Shown here: one piece after another, positions 29,172 through 37,838 of the stretch
Numbering within the stretch: the first letter of the stretch is position 1
How the letters are laid out: every line of letters starts with the position of its first letter
Source of the DNA: an uncultured Candidatus Saccharibacteria bacterium
GTDB lineage: Bacteria; Patescibacteriota; Minisyncoccia; Phycocordibacterales; UBA918
Length of the DNA: 64,000 bases
Reading direction: 5' to 3'
Assembly: GCA_964611205.1 (NCBI GenBank)
Contig: CAZSZB010000004.1
Coordinates: 12,121-76,120 of the forward strand
Translations under genes and position numbers: made by a program
Notes under the pieces: generated by a model
What the model saw: the letters and a program-made list of their open reading frames with translations, nothing else
What the model was told of the DNA's origin: nothing
Databases searched by the model: none

Positions 29172-29566
29172 TGGGGTGGAGACTGGAGGGTATGTGACTT
29201 TAGACCCGTCAGGGACAAGTAGTTCTCTTTATGTTCCTGATAATTTGGGGGTGGGAGGGCAGGTGAGAGCCGGTCAGTATTGTAATGAAGATGGTATCGT
29301 GTATTGATGGAGGGAGTGTTATAGGTACACTGTCGACTCATAATTTTACCATAAGGGGTTACGATGGTGAAAGTCAGTCTATGAATGTGGGGGAATATAG
29401 CTTCTGTGCTTTAACACGTGTTGAAATTTTTGATGATGGTGGGGCACGAGGGTGGCCAACGGAAGGATGTTATTTAAGTCGCTCCGGAAATAACTGGACA
29501 ATGACGGCAACTAATAATTACGGAGGATCGCCGGATATTACGAGATGTGAAGCCACTTGTTTTTAA
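28903..29566 (+). pseudogene. Constant-N/variable-C protein copy 5, frameshifted
   Basis: QYCNEDG frame stops at 29307; the expected continuation CIDGG... is in another frame (29285..29566); 4 nt (ATCG, 29296-99) where paralogs have 6. Confidence 0.8.
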
Positions 29567-29646
29567 AGCAACTAATTTTTCAAATACACAAAAATTAGAA
29601 AATATACATATATTTAGGATTTTGTTCTATGAGATAAATTGATAGC

Positions 29647-29675
29647 TTGCAAAATGTGTGCATATTCTGTAATAT
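29647..29675 (+). promoter_or_regulatory. Putative tuf promoter
   Basis: TTGCAA-17 nt-TAATAT. Confidence 0.55.
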
Positions 29676-29858
29676 TGCGGACACTGCATACGGCCTTCGG
29701 TCGTGGTAGGGCAATCATAATCGCTCTTTCACACTTTTGAGTGTGCTTTGGTAACGTACTGTTCTCGTGCCGTTTCCATAACACATTCAGCCGAGGTTTT
29801 TATATTTAAAACCCAGCCGTGTGCGGTTGCATTTATAAAAATTAATCTAACTAATTTT

Positions 29859-31049
29859 ATGTCAGATTTTGATCGTTCAAAGCCGCACGTAAACGTTGGA
29901 ACTATTGGTCACGTTGACCATGGTAAAACAACTCTTACGGCTGCGATTCTAACTACCCTAAAAGCTCACGAGAGCGAGGGTTACAGTGCTAACGTTAAAG
30001 ACGTTGGTGATATTGATAAAGCCCCAGAAGAAAAGGCTCGTGGTATTACTATTTCTCTTTCTCACTCTGAGTACGAGACTCCTAATCGTCACTACGCGCA
30101 CATTGATGCTCCTGGTCACGCCGACTACATTAAGAACATGATTACTGGTGCCGCCCAGATGGATGGTGCTGTACTTGTAGTAGCTGCTACTGATGGTGCT
30201 ATGCCACAAACTCGTGAGCACGTACTATTGGCCAAGCAAGTTGGTGTACCTAGTATCATTGTTTTCCTAAACAAATGTGATCTAGTTGATGATGAAGAGA
30301 TGCTCATGCTAGTAGAAGAAGAGCTTCGTGAACTTCTAACTGCTAACAAATTTGACGGAGAAAATGCTCCGATCATACATGGTTCTGCTCTAAAGGCTTT
30401 AGAGGGAGATGCCGAATACCAAGCTAAAATTATTGAATTGGCTAATGCGATGGATTCATTCTTCCCAGAACCAGTTCGTGAGCTTGATAAACCTTTCCTA
30501 ATGCCAGTAGAAGACATCTTCTCTATTGAAGGACGCGGTACAGTAGTAACTGGTCGTGTAGAGCGAGGTAAGGTTAAGGTAGGAGAAGAAATCGAAATTG
30601 TTGGAATCAAGAATACTGTTGTCACAACTGTGACTGGTGTTGAGATGTTTAATAAACAACTTGATGCAGCTCAAGCTGGAGACAATGCTGGTATTTTGCT
30701 ACGAGGTACTAAAAAAGAAGATGTACACCGTGGTCAGGTTCTAGCTGCTAAAGGTTCTGTTACTCCACATACTGAATTTGAAGCCGAAGTGTACATACTT
30801 TCAAAAGATGAAGGTGGTCGTCACACTCCTTTCTTCTCAGGTTATAAGCCTCAGTTCTATATTCGTACAACTGACGTAACAGGAGACGTTACGCTAGCTG
30901 AAGGAACAGAAATGGTTATGCCAGGAGACACTGCAACTTTCAAAGTAAAGCTAGTATCTCCAGTAGCTCTAGAGGAACAACAAAGTTTTGCTATTCGTGA
31001 AGGAGGTAAGACAGTGGGAGCTGGTGTTGTAACCAAAATAGTCGCTTAA
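29859..31049 (+). CDS. tuf: Elongation factor Tu
   Basis: [43 protein letters not shown]; ATG at 29859. Confidence 0.98.
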   Translation: MSDFDRSKPHVNVGTIGHVDHGKTTLTAAILTTLKAHESEGYSANVKDVGDIDKAPEEKARGITISLSHSEYETPNRHYAHIDAPGHADYIKNMITGAAQMDGAVLVVAATDGAMPQTREHVLLAKQVGVPSIIVFLNKCDLVDDEEMLMLVEEELRELLTANKFDGENAPIIHGSALKALEGDAEYQAKIIELANAMDSFFPEPVRELDKPFLMPVEDIFSIEGRGTVVTGRVERGKVKVGEEIEIVGIKNTVVTTVTGVEMFNKQLDAAQAGDNAGILLRGTKKEDVHRGQVLAAKGSVTPHTEFEAEVYILSKDEGGRHTPFFSGYKPQFYIRTTDVTGDVTLAEGTEMVMPGDTATFKVKLVSPVALEEQQSFAIREGGKTVGAGVVTKIVA

Positions 31050-31118
31050 GCGATTTAAACCACCTTGTCTCCCTCAAATTAACAGAGAGGAAAGATGAGG
31101 TAGTAAATTGAAAATATT

Positions 31119-31475
31119 ATGGCAACACAATCTACATCAAAAAAAGATAGCAAAGAGGCAGCTGGAGAAATCCAGAAACTACGTATCCGTGTTCGTGCTT
31201 ACGAACATAAGATATTGGACGCTTCAGTGAAACAAATCATTGATACGGCTATGCGTTTCGACGCTAAAGTGGTTGGTCCGATTCCATTACCGACAGAAAT
31301 AAAAAAATATACAGTTAACCGCTCATCATTCGTGTACAAGGATGCGCGAGAACAGTTCGAGATGCGTATGCATAAACGCGTTATCGACATCCATAGTCCA
31401 AGTGCAAAGGTGATTGAGGCATTAACTAATTTATCTCTGCCGTCTGGAGTGAACATCGATGTAAAAATGATCTAG
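31119..31475 (+). CDS. rpsJ: 30S ribosomal protein S10
   Basis: LRIRVRAYEH, GPIPLPT, REQFEMRMHKR. Confidence 0.97.
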   Translation: MATQSTSKKDSKEAAGEIQKLRIRVRAYEHKILDASVKQIIDTAMRFDAKVVGPIPLPTEIKKYTVNRSSFVYKDAREQFEMRMHKRVIDIHSPSAKVIEALTNLSLPSGVNIDVKMI

Positions 31476-31589
31476 AGAAGTTAACTGATATAAATTATAT
31501 TTGTTAAATAGATTATATTCTTTATTCTAATTTGGATATTAAGATAGATAATCTAGCTTTGAAAATCATTTCTTTTCTCATTGCCATAT

Positions 31590-31627
31590 AACAAAAGACC
31601 GGCGCCTTTGGCGCCGGTCTTTTGTTA
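31590..31627 (+). terminator. Terminator after rpsJ
   Basis: acaaaagaccggcgcc-ttt-ggcgccggtcttttgt. Confidence 0.75.
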
Positions 31628-31697
31628 TAAACATAACCCTATAAAACCTTTCTTATTTCAAGTTATGCTAAATAAATAGACTAAAATAAAGCAAATC

Positions 31698-31910
31698 ATG
31701 AATTTTGAAAATCAACACAATCTCACCCCTGAAGATGAAGCCTTAATTAAAAAGGTTATAGAAGAAGCAGTAGAAGAAATTCCTGAAATTACTCCAGTAA
31801 AAAGATCACGACCGGCTGAATTAGGAGAAGATGACAACCAACATCCATTAAAATCAGAAGATGAGATAGAAAGGTCTTTAAATCCTCATGGTTTCGAGGA
31901 ATTAAAATAA
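31698..31910 (+). CDS. Small acidic hypothetical protein
   Basis: 70-aa ORF with host-like codon usage and A-rich leader. Confidence 0.5.
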   Translation: MNFENQHNLTPEDEALIKKVIEEAVEEIPEITPVKRSRPAELGEDDNQHPLKSEDEIERSLNPHGFEELK

Positions 31911-31956
31911 ACTACAAAAATATTTTCAACACACAATACTCCAGTTAACTGGAGTA

Positions 31957-32274
31957 TTATTGTTCAGGTTTACGCTCGCGGCTCTTAAACACAAAGTCTT
32001 TTAAGGACTTTGTGTTTTTAAGTAATTGATAAATAGCTTCTGGTTGTTCAGTGTGGACCGATATTTTTTGGATACTTTGACCAGATATAAGGAGTTCAAA
32101 ACCGGCGTTTGTATAAACACAGGTCAAAAATCTCTTTCCAGATCCTTTTTTGCTGTTTACTTTAATTTCACCAGGAGCAATCATTTTTATGCCTGGTATT
32201 TTTTTTAATTCACGAACGACGGTCTGAGCAGTTTCAGTTAGAGTAGTATGTTCACGTCCTCGAGCTTTAGTCAT
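31957..32274 (-). CDS. DUF2103-like small basic protein
   Basis: HTTL...LKKIPGIKMIAPGEI resembles DUF2103 (from memory); ATG at 32274. Confidence 0.55.
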   Translation of the reverse strand: MTKARGREHTTLTETAQTVVRELKKIPGIKMIAPGEIKVNSKKGSGKRFLTCVYTNAGFELLISGQSIQKISVHTEQPEAIYQLLKNTKSLKDFVFKSRERKPEQ

Positions 32275-32331
32275 TATGAGGAGAATAGCATAAAAAGAAA
32301 AAGGCACCTAAGTGGTGCCGAGTCCCCCTCC

Positions 32332-32535
32332 TTAGAAGCTGTCATAATCCCCCGGAGGGTATTTTCCCGTCCAGCCTTGAGTAGCCAAGGGAGGGCGGTT
32401 CGATCCGAACTGTTCCGTCTTGGCTAACCATTGAGCGAATTCGTGCCCATCAGTTTGCAGCCGTGATTCGGAGTGTTCGTTTGGACCAGGTGAAGTTCCG
32501 TCACCTTGTGGTCCATCATTGTGCATAATCAACAT
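32332..32535 (-). CDS. Small ORFan with strong SD
   Basis: GAGGAGGTG 6 nt before ATG 32535; downstream terminator ggcacc-acttа-ggtgcc-ttttt near 32295-32319. Confidence 0.5.
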   Translation of the reverse strand: MLIMHNDGPQGDGTSPGPNEHSESRLQTDGHEFAQWLAKTEQFGSNRPPLATQGWTGKYPPGDYDSF

Positions 32536-32670
32536 ATTTTTCACCTCCTCATTATTTGTACCACACAATAATTAACTATTTTATATTTTTGAACACAAAA
32601 ACCGGTACCCCCTCATTTGGGAGTACCGGTTAGTTTTTTCTGCACGCTTCACTACCTCGTGTGACTGGCC

Positions 32671-32883
32671 TTAACCTTTGGTCAGTGCATCCAGGGTTTC
32701 TTTAGCGAGGTTGTCAAGAGATCCCTTGACCAACTTCTGAGTCAGCCGGATTTTGCACTGCTCAGTGGCACAGTACAGTTTGTAGCCCTTGGCAGAAACA
32801 TACAGAGCGCTGCCCAGGCCGTCAACTACGACTTCTCGACCGCACCCGCAAGCACACGGCACCGTGACATTTGAATGTTCCAT
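32671..32883 (-). CDS. Small Cys-rich (possible Zn-binding) ORFan
   Basis: AAGGAG SD before ATG 32883; CACGC...CATEQC; hairpin downstream at about 32597-32631. Confidence 0.55.
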   Translation of the reverse strand: MEHSNVTVPCACGCGREVVVDGLGSALYVSAKGYKLYCATEQCKIRLTQKLVKGSLDNLAKETLDALTKG

Positions 32884-32947
32884 GATCGTCTCCTTGTTGA
32901 GTATCGTCAGTACTCTGACAAAAAAATGTAATTTTGGCAAGTTTTTG

Positions 32948-32976
32948 TTGACTTTGACTTTTATTTCCCGTATTAT
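32948..32976 (+). promoter_or_regulatory. Putative promoter for the rpsS-rplE block
   Basis: TTGACT-17 nt-TATTAT. Confidence 0.55.
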
Positions 32977-33107
32977 AGCCGCGTTCTAACCTCGTTATAT
33001 ATGTCCCCTGGTAGGGAGATATAAAACAACAAACCGTTACAGAAGAAGTCACAGCATTCAGCCGAATGTTGTCTTATTATTTATTCAATTAAGTTTCACT
33101 GATCTAT

Positions 33108-33440
33108 ATGTCACGATCTCTATATAAGGGACCGTACGTGGAGGAAAGAATTCTTAAGAAAATCGAAGGTAAAAAACCCGAGCAAGTAAAAGCTCCAATC
33201 AATATTTGGGCTCGCGCTTCGGTTATCTCGCCAGAGATGGTGGGGTTCACCTTCGGGGTTCATAATGGTAAAGAGCATATTGCGGTTCTCGTAACTGAAG
33301 ATATGGTCGGTCACCGTTTTGGTGAGTTTTCGCCAACTAAGAAATTCTACCGCCATGGAGGTAAGATGCAGAAAGAACTTGATCAGAAGAAGAAGGAAGC
33401 AGAAATTGCAGCTGCTAAAGCTGCTAAAGCTGCCTCTTAA
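33108..33440 (+). CDS. rpsS: 30S ribosomal protein S19
   Basis: MSRSLYKGPYV, VHNGK, MVGHRFGEFSPT. Confidence 0.97.
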   Translation: MSRSLYKGPYVEERILKKIEGKKPEQVKAPINIWARASVISPEMVGFTFGVHNGKEHIAVLVTEDMVGHRFGEFSPTKKFYRHGGKMQKELDQKKKEAEIAAAKAAKAAS

Positions 33441-33455
33441 ACTTAACGCTTAGAT

Positions 33456-33773
33456 ATGAAAGCAGTTTTAAAAAACTACCGACAATCACCGCGTAAAGTT
33501 CGTCTTATCGCTGGTCTTGTTCGAGGGAAGAAAGTTAAAGACGCGTTAGCAACACTACAATTTGTTGAGAAGCGTGCAGCGGAACCATTTGCAAAAGTGA
33601 TCCGCTCAGCAGTTGCCAACGCAACTCAAGCTGGTGCAAATCCAGACAATCTAATTATTAAGAAAGTGGCCGTTGACAAGGGTACTGTGATTAAAAGACA
33701 CATGCCTCGAGCGCGAGGTTCTGCCTCACCGATCAACAAACGCAACAGTCACATTACCGTTGAACTCGGTTAA
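33456..33773 (+). CDS. rplV: 50S ribosomal protein L22
   Basis: SPRKVRLIA, PRARGSA, SHITV. Confidence 0.97.
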   Translation: MKAVLKNYRQSPRKVRLIAGLVRGKKVKDALATLQFVEKRAAEPFAKVIRSAVANATQAGANPDNLIIKKVAVDKGTVIKRHMPRARGSASPINKRNSHITVELG

Positions 33774-33790
33774 ATTAAGTAAGGAATTCT

Positions 33791-34504
33791 ATGACACACG
33801 TAGCACATCCATACATACAGCGACTGGGTATCAATCGTGATTGGCGCAGCCGCTGGTTTGCCGTATCGCCTAAGCAGTACCGAGAGTTTATTCGGACTGA
33901 TCATGCGATTCGTAAACTACTAGAAAAAAAGCTCAAAGGCATGTCAATTGATGCTATTGAGATTGAGCGTGATGAAAAAGCACTTCGTATCCTTATAAAA
34001 ACTGCCCGTCCTGGTCTAGTGATTGGACGTAGTGGTGAAGGAGCAACTCAACTTCGCAAAGATGTTGATCTACTTTTACGAAAATTAAAATTATCTGAAA
34101 AACCTGAAATCAAGATTGATGTTGAGGAGATTCGTTCTGTAGAAAGTAGTGCCGCAATCGTAGCTCAAATGATAGTTGAAGGACTTGAAAAAAGAATGCA
34201 ATTTCGTCGAGTTTTAAAACAGACAGTCGAAAAAGCAATGGCTAACCGTGACGTAAAAGGTGTTCGTATCATCGTGTCAGGACGACTCGGTGGCGCTGAC
34301 ATGGCTCGTCGCGAGGAGCTAAAAAAAGGTCGAATCCCACTCCAGACTCTCCGTGCAGATATTGATTTTGCTCGTGAGCGAGCCAATCTACCTTACGGTG
34401 TGATTGGTATTAAAGTTTGGATTTATCGAGGTGATGTTTTTGGTGATCGTAATACAGAAAAAAGCGATAACAAGCCAGCTCGTCACAACAGTCGTAATGC
34501 ATAA
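33791..34504 (+). CDS. rpsC: 30S ribosomal protein S3
   Basis: RPGLVIGR, SGRLGGA, PLQTLRADID, GVIGIKVWI. Confidence 0.97.
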   Translation: MTHVAHPYIQRLGINRDWRSRWFAVSPKQYREFIRTDHAIRKLLEKKLKGMSIDAIEIERDEKALRILIKTARPGLVIGRSGEGATQLRKDVDLLLRKLKLSEKPEIKIDVEEIRSVESSAAIVAQMIVEGLEKRMQFRRVLKQTVEKAMANRDVKGVRIIVSGRLGGADMARREELKKGRIPLQTLRADIDFARERANLPYGVIGIKVWIYRGDVFGDRNTEKSDNKPARHNSRNA

Positions 34505-34514
34505 CTAGAGACTT

Positions 34515-34949
34515 ATGTTATTTCCTAAAAAGGTAAAACACCGCAAGTGGCAGGTGATGCGCAGACATCCTGATAAATTCAAACGACCAGATACACGAGG
34601 GGTAACAGTAGATTTTGGTTCTTACGGATTAAAGGCTACGACCCAATCTCGCGTCAAGTCTAATCAGATTGAAGCAGCACGACGAGTCATTAGTCGTACT
34701 ATGGGAAAATCTGGAAAAATGTGGATTCGTATTTTCCCAGACCGTCCGGCAACTAAGAAAGCTGCCGAAGTACCGATGGGTAAGGGTAAGGGTGATCCAG
34801 AGTACTTTATGTTTGAAGTTTATCCCGGTCGAATATTATTCGAAATTGAAGGTGTTCCTGAAGAGGTGGCTCGTGAAGCGCTTCGCAAGGCGACAGCTAA
34901 GCTGCCTGTAAAGGCCAAGTTTGTTCGTCGTGAGGATACCCGCGTGTAG
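34515..34949 (+). CDS. rplP: 50S ribosomal protein L16
   Basis: QIEAARR, WIRIFPD, MGKGKG. Confidence 0.97.
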   Translation: MLFPKKVKHRKWQVMRRHPDKFKRPDTRGVTVDFGSYGLKATTQSRVKSNQIEAARRVISRTMGKSGKMWIRIFPDRPATKKAAEVPMGKGKGDPEYFMFEVYPGRILFEIEGVPEEVAREALRKATAKLPVKAKFVRREDTRV

Positions 34950-34961
34950 TTAAGTAATTAT

Positions 34962-35174
34962 ATGAGTACATATAAAGACATTCAGAAGAAAGACGATAAA
35001 TCACTAGTAGAACTAGTTAAGGAGAAGCGAGAAGCCATTCGGTCTTTTCGGTTTAGCAATACTGGTAGCGCTACTCGTAATGTACGTCAGGTAAGAGCAG
35101 ATAAGAAAGCTATTGCCCAGGCTTTGACTGAACTTAACGCCCGTCAGAAAGACCTAGCTAACGAAACTAAATAG
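34962..35174 (+). CDS. rpmC: 50S ribosomal protein L29
   Basis: Position between rplP and rpsQ; RF...KKAIAQALT. Confidence 0.88.
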   Translation: MSTYKDIQKKDDKSLVELVKEKREAIRSFRFSNTGSATRNVRQVRADKKAIAQALTELNARQKDLANETK

Positions 35175-35179
35175 TGAAT

Positions 35180-35443
35180 ATGGAAGAAAAAAACACTAAA
35201 GACGTTGCAACTACTGGTGGTCGAGTGCTGAAAGGTACTGTGGTAGCTAGTAAAATGCAGGATACTATTACTGTAGCAGTGGAACGTTACACTAAGCATC
35301 CAAAGTACAAAAAGTATATGCGTCGCACCAAAAAATTCTTAGTTCATGATGCTGGTAACACAGCACAAGTAGGGCAAAAGGTCGAGATTAAGGAAACACG
35401 CCCGATGAGTAAACGAAAACGTTTTACTCTCGTTAAAGCATAA
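35180..35443 (+). CDS. rpsQ: 30S ribosomal protein S17
   Basis: GTVVASKMQDT, HPKYKK, ETRPMSKRKR (alternative GTG start at 35174). Confidence 0.96.
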   Translation: MEEKNTKDVATTGGRVLKGTVVASKMQDTITVAVERYTKHPKYKKYMRRTKKFLVHDAGNTAQVGQKVEIKETRPMSKRKRFTLVKA

Positions 35444-35450
35444 TAATCTT

Positions 35451-35822
35451 ATGATTCAACCACAAACAATCGTGAAGATTACAGACAACTCCGGAGGAAA
35501 AGTAGGTCGTGTTTTCAAGGTCCTTGGTGGATCTAAAAAGCGCTACGCGGAACTCGGAGAGTTGGTAATACTATCAGTACAAATTGCTGAACCACGGAAG
35601 AACGTAAAGAAAAAAGATGTTGTGTGTGGAGTCGTTGTGCGACAGCGTAAACCATACCGACGAAAAGATGGTTCTTATGTAAGTTTTGACGACAACGCTG
35701 TTGTCCTAATTGATAAAGAGAAAAAAGAACCAAAAGCCAACCGTGTGTTTGGTCCTATCCCACGCGAATTATCAGAAGCTGGTTTCCAGAAAATTGTATC
35801 ACTTGCTCCAGAAGTAGTTTAG
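35451..35822 (+). CDS. rplN: 50S ribosomal protein L14
   Basis: MIQPQT, DNSGGK, FDDNAVV, FGPIPREL, IVSLAPEV. Confidence 0.97.
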   Translation: MIQPQTIVKITDNSGGKVGRVFKVLGGSKKRYAELGELVILSVQIAEPRKNVKKKDVVCGVVVRQRKPYRRKDGSYVSFDDNAVVLIDKEKKEPKANRVFGPIPRELSEAGFQKIVSLAPEVV

Positions 35823-35962
35823 TAAGTCTTATGAGTAAAACGAATTAGAACTACTTAACCCAGCCCTACTTTTGTTGCCAATATTCTGTTGATACAAAAA
35901 GTAACAAAAGTAGAGCTGGATAGGATTGTTTCTAAGCTCGTAAACTCGCTAAAAAAAATCAT

Positions 35963-36262
35963 ATGAAAATCAAAAAAGGAGACACTGTGAAAATAATTGC
36001 TGGAAAGGATAAGGGTAAGACTGGTAAAGTAGAAGAAACTTTCGCTAAAATAGAAAAAGTTGTAGTAGAAGGAATCAATATTGCTACTAGACACCAGAAG
36101 AACCGCCAAACTGGATCACAGGGTCAAATAGTTGAAAAATCAATGCCGATACATGTTTCTAATGTGTCTATTATGGAAGGAAAGAAACCAGTTCGGGTTG
36201 GTTATAAGGTCGAAGATGGAAAGAAAGTAAGGGTGGCTAGGCCATCAGGTAAAAATATTTAG
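35963..36262 (+). CDS. rplX: 50S ribosomal protein L24
   Basis: KKGDTVKIIAGKDKGKTG, PIHVSNV. Confidence 0.97.
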   Translation: MKIKKGDTVKIIAGKDKGKTGKVEETFAKIEKVVVEGINIATRHQKNRQTGSQGQIVEKSMPIHVSNVSIMEGKKPVRVGYKVEDGKKVRVARPSGKNI

Positions 36263-36321
36263 GAAATTAATAAGTAATAAATTACGATTAAGATTTCTAA
36301 GTATTGTCTACTCAAAAAATT

Positions 36322-36882
36322 ATGACTACAACAATGAAAGAAAAAGTTGCCGGTTCATTTGAAGCCCTAAAAGGCGCCTTCAATTACAAAAATGTAAACC
36401 AGGCACCAAAGATTGAGAAAGTTATTGTTTCTACTGGTACTGGCAAGATTGAAGATAAGAATAGGCTCGAGCTTATTCAAGATCGTCTAGCTAGAATTAC
36501 TGGTCAGAAATGTTCACCACGGCCAGCTCGTCTTTCCATTGCTTCATTTAAATTGCGAGAAGGAGATATCGTTGGTTACCAAGTAACTTTACGAGGATCT
36601 CAGATGTATAACTTTTTAGATAAGTTAATTCACATCGCTTTACCGCAGACTCGAGATTTTCGAGGTTTGAAAGTTTCTGCAATTGATGAGATGGGTAATA
36701 TAACTCTTGGTATTAAAGAAAGTTCTATTTTTCCAGAAACTCATGATGAAGATCTAAAGGACGTATTTGGCTTAGCTGTTACTATCGTAACTACAGCCAG
36801 AAGTAGAGAAGAGGCTGAAGCTCTACTCCGATTCATTGGCTTGCCGTTGCAGAAGCCAGAAGTAGTTGAAGCTAAAGAATAA
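36322..36882 (+). CDS. rplE: 50S ribosomal protein L5
   Basis: PKIEKV, ITGQK, SIASFKLREG, VTLRG, RDFRG. Confidence 0.96.
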   Translation: MTTTMKEKVAGSFEALKGAFNYKNVNQAPKIEKVIVSTGTGKIEDKNRLELIQDRLARITGQKCSPRPARLSIASFKLREGDIVGYQVTLRGSQMYNFLDKLIHIALPQTRDFRGLKVSAIDEMGNITLGIKESSIFPETHDEDLKDVFGLAVTIVTTARSREEAEALLRFIGLPLQKPEVVEAKE

Positions 36883-36940
36883 ATAACCAAAACGTAACGG
36901 TTGAGGTAATCTATATATCGTAAATCTGCGATAAAATACC

Positions 36941-36971
36941 AAAAGGGCGGCACCCAAGTGCCGCCCTTTTG
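36941..36971 (+). terminator. Terminator splitting the spc operon after rplE
   Basis: aaaagggcggcac-ccaa-gtgccgccctttt. Confidence 0.75.
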
Positions 36972-37259
36972 GTTGTCTAGCTAATAATTCTTAGTCTTCG
37001 TATTTAGATAAATTTATTTCATAGGATTCTGGTTTTACCCTTGTATTTTCCATATTTTCACGTATAGTAGTGACCAATATAAACTCAATAGTTAGGTGTT
37101 TGGGTTTGTAGAAGACAGGCGCTACCTGGTGCTTAGTCGGATTTATAAGGTAGAAAGGTCGTGGCATCTACACGAAACCGCTACAAAATTTAATATATGA
37201 TACCGAAACGAGTGTCGTTTTAGTCACTCTGCTCGTTGTTTCATTTAATTTTTAAAAAA

Positions 37260-37445
37260 ATGGCACGAAAGTCAATTATCGCTCGGTCCCTACGAGTACC
37301 AAAATTCAAATCTCGTGTTGTACGTCGTTGTAATCGGTGTGGTCGCGCGCATGGCTACTTACGAGACTTCGATCTATGTCGTATCTGTTTCCGTGAAGCG
37401 GCGCATGAAGGACATATTCCAGGTGTAAAAAAATCATCATGGTAG
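37260..37445 (+). CDS. rpsZ: 30S ribosomal protein S14, Zn-binding short type
   Basis: 61 aa, CNRCGR...[16 protein letters not shown]. Confidence 0.96.
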   Translation: MARKSIIARSLRVPKFKSRVVRRCNRCGRAHGYLRDFDLCRICFREAAHEGHIPGVKKSSW

Positions 37446-37834
37446 GAGATACAGTAGGAGATTTCATCATCCAGCTAAAAAATGCTGGTATGGTAGGGAA
37501 GAAAGAAGTACGTTTACCGTACTCAAAACTAAAGCATTCAATAGCGGATGTTTTAAAGAAGGAAGGTTATATTGCCGAAGTGGCAACTGAAGGTGAATCT
37601 GCTAAGAAACAATTAGCTGTTAGCCTTAAATACAGTGAAGCTGGCACTCATAAAATTGTAGATGTGAAGCGAGTCAGTAAACCAGGTCGAAGAACGTATA
37701 CCAAAGCGTCAGAAATTTATCCAGTAAAGTTTGGTAAAGGTCGTGTAATTTTCTCTACCCCTGCCGGTATATTAACTGGCGAGGAAGCTCGTAAACAAAA
37801 CGTAGGTGGAGAACAGTTATTCATGATTTGGTAA
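37439..37834 (+). CDS. rpsH: 30S ribosomal protein S8
   Basis: [28 protein letters not shown]. Confidence 0.96.
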   Translation: MVGDTVGDFIIQLKNAGMVGKKEVRLPYSKLKHSIADVLKKEGYIAEVATEGESAKKQLAVSLKYSEAGTHKIVDVKRVSKPGRRTYTKASEIYPVKFGKGRVIFSTPAGILTGEEARKQNVGGEQLFMIW

Positions 37835-37838
37835 TAAT

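Noticed and set aside
29305-29307. TGA recoding (genetic code 25) to rescue copy 5
   Set aside because: TGA ends pgk and adk normally, and the head continues in a different frame, so read-through would not restore it
24703-29566. Diversity-generating retroelement explanation for the repeats
   Set aside because: No reverse transcriptase in the window, the repeats are at 5' ends rather than C-terminal variable regions, and differences are not confined to adenines
24703-29566. Classical shufflon or invertible cassette system
   Set aside because: All cassettes are co-oriented with their own start codons; no inverted sfx-like sites or adjacent recombinase were seen
18532-29858. N-terminal extensions of rpsL (18532) and tuf (29748) in the ORF track
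   Set aside because: Conserved N-termini begin at ATG 18595 and ATG 29859; the extensions run through promoter or leader sequence
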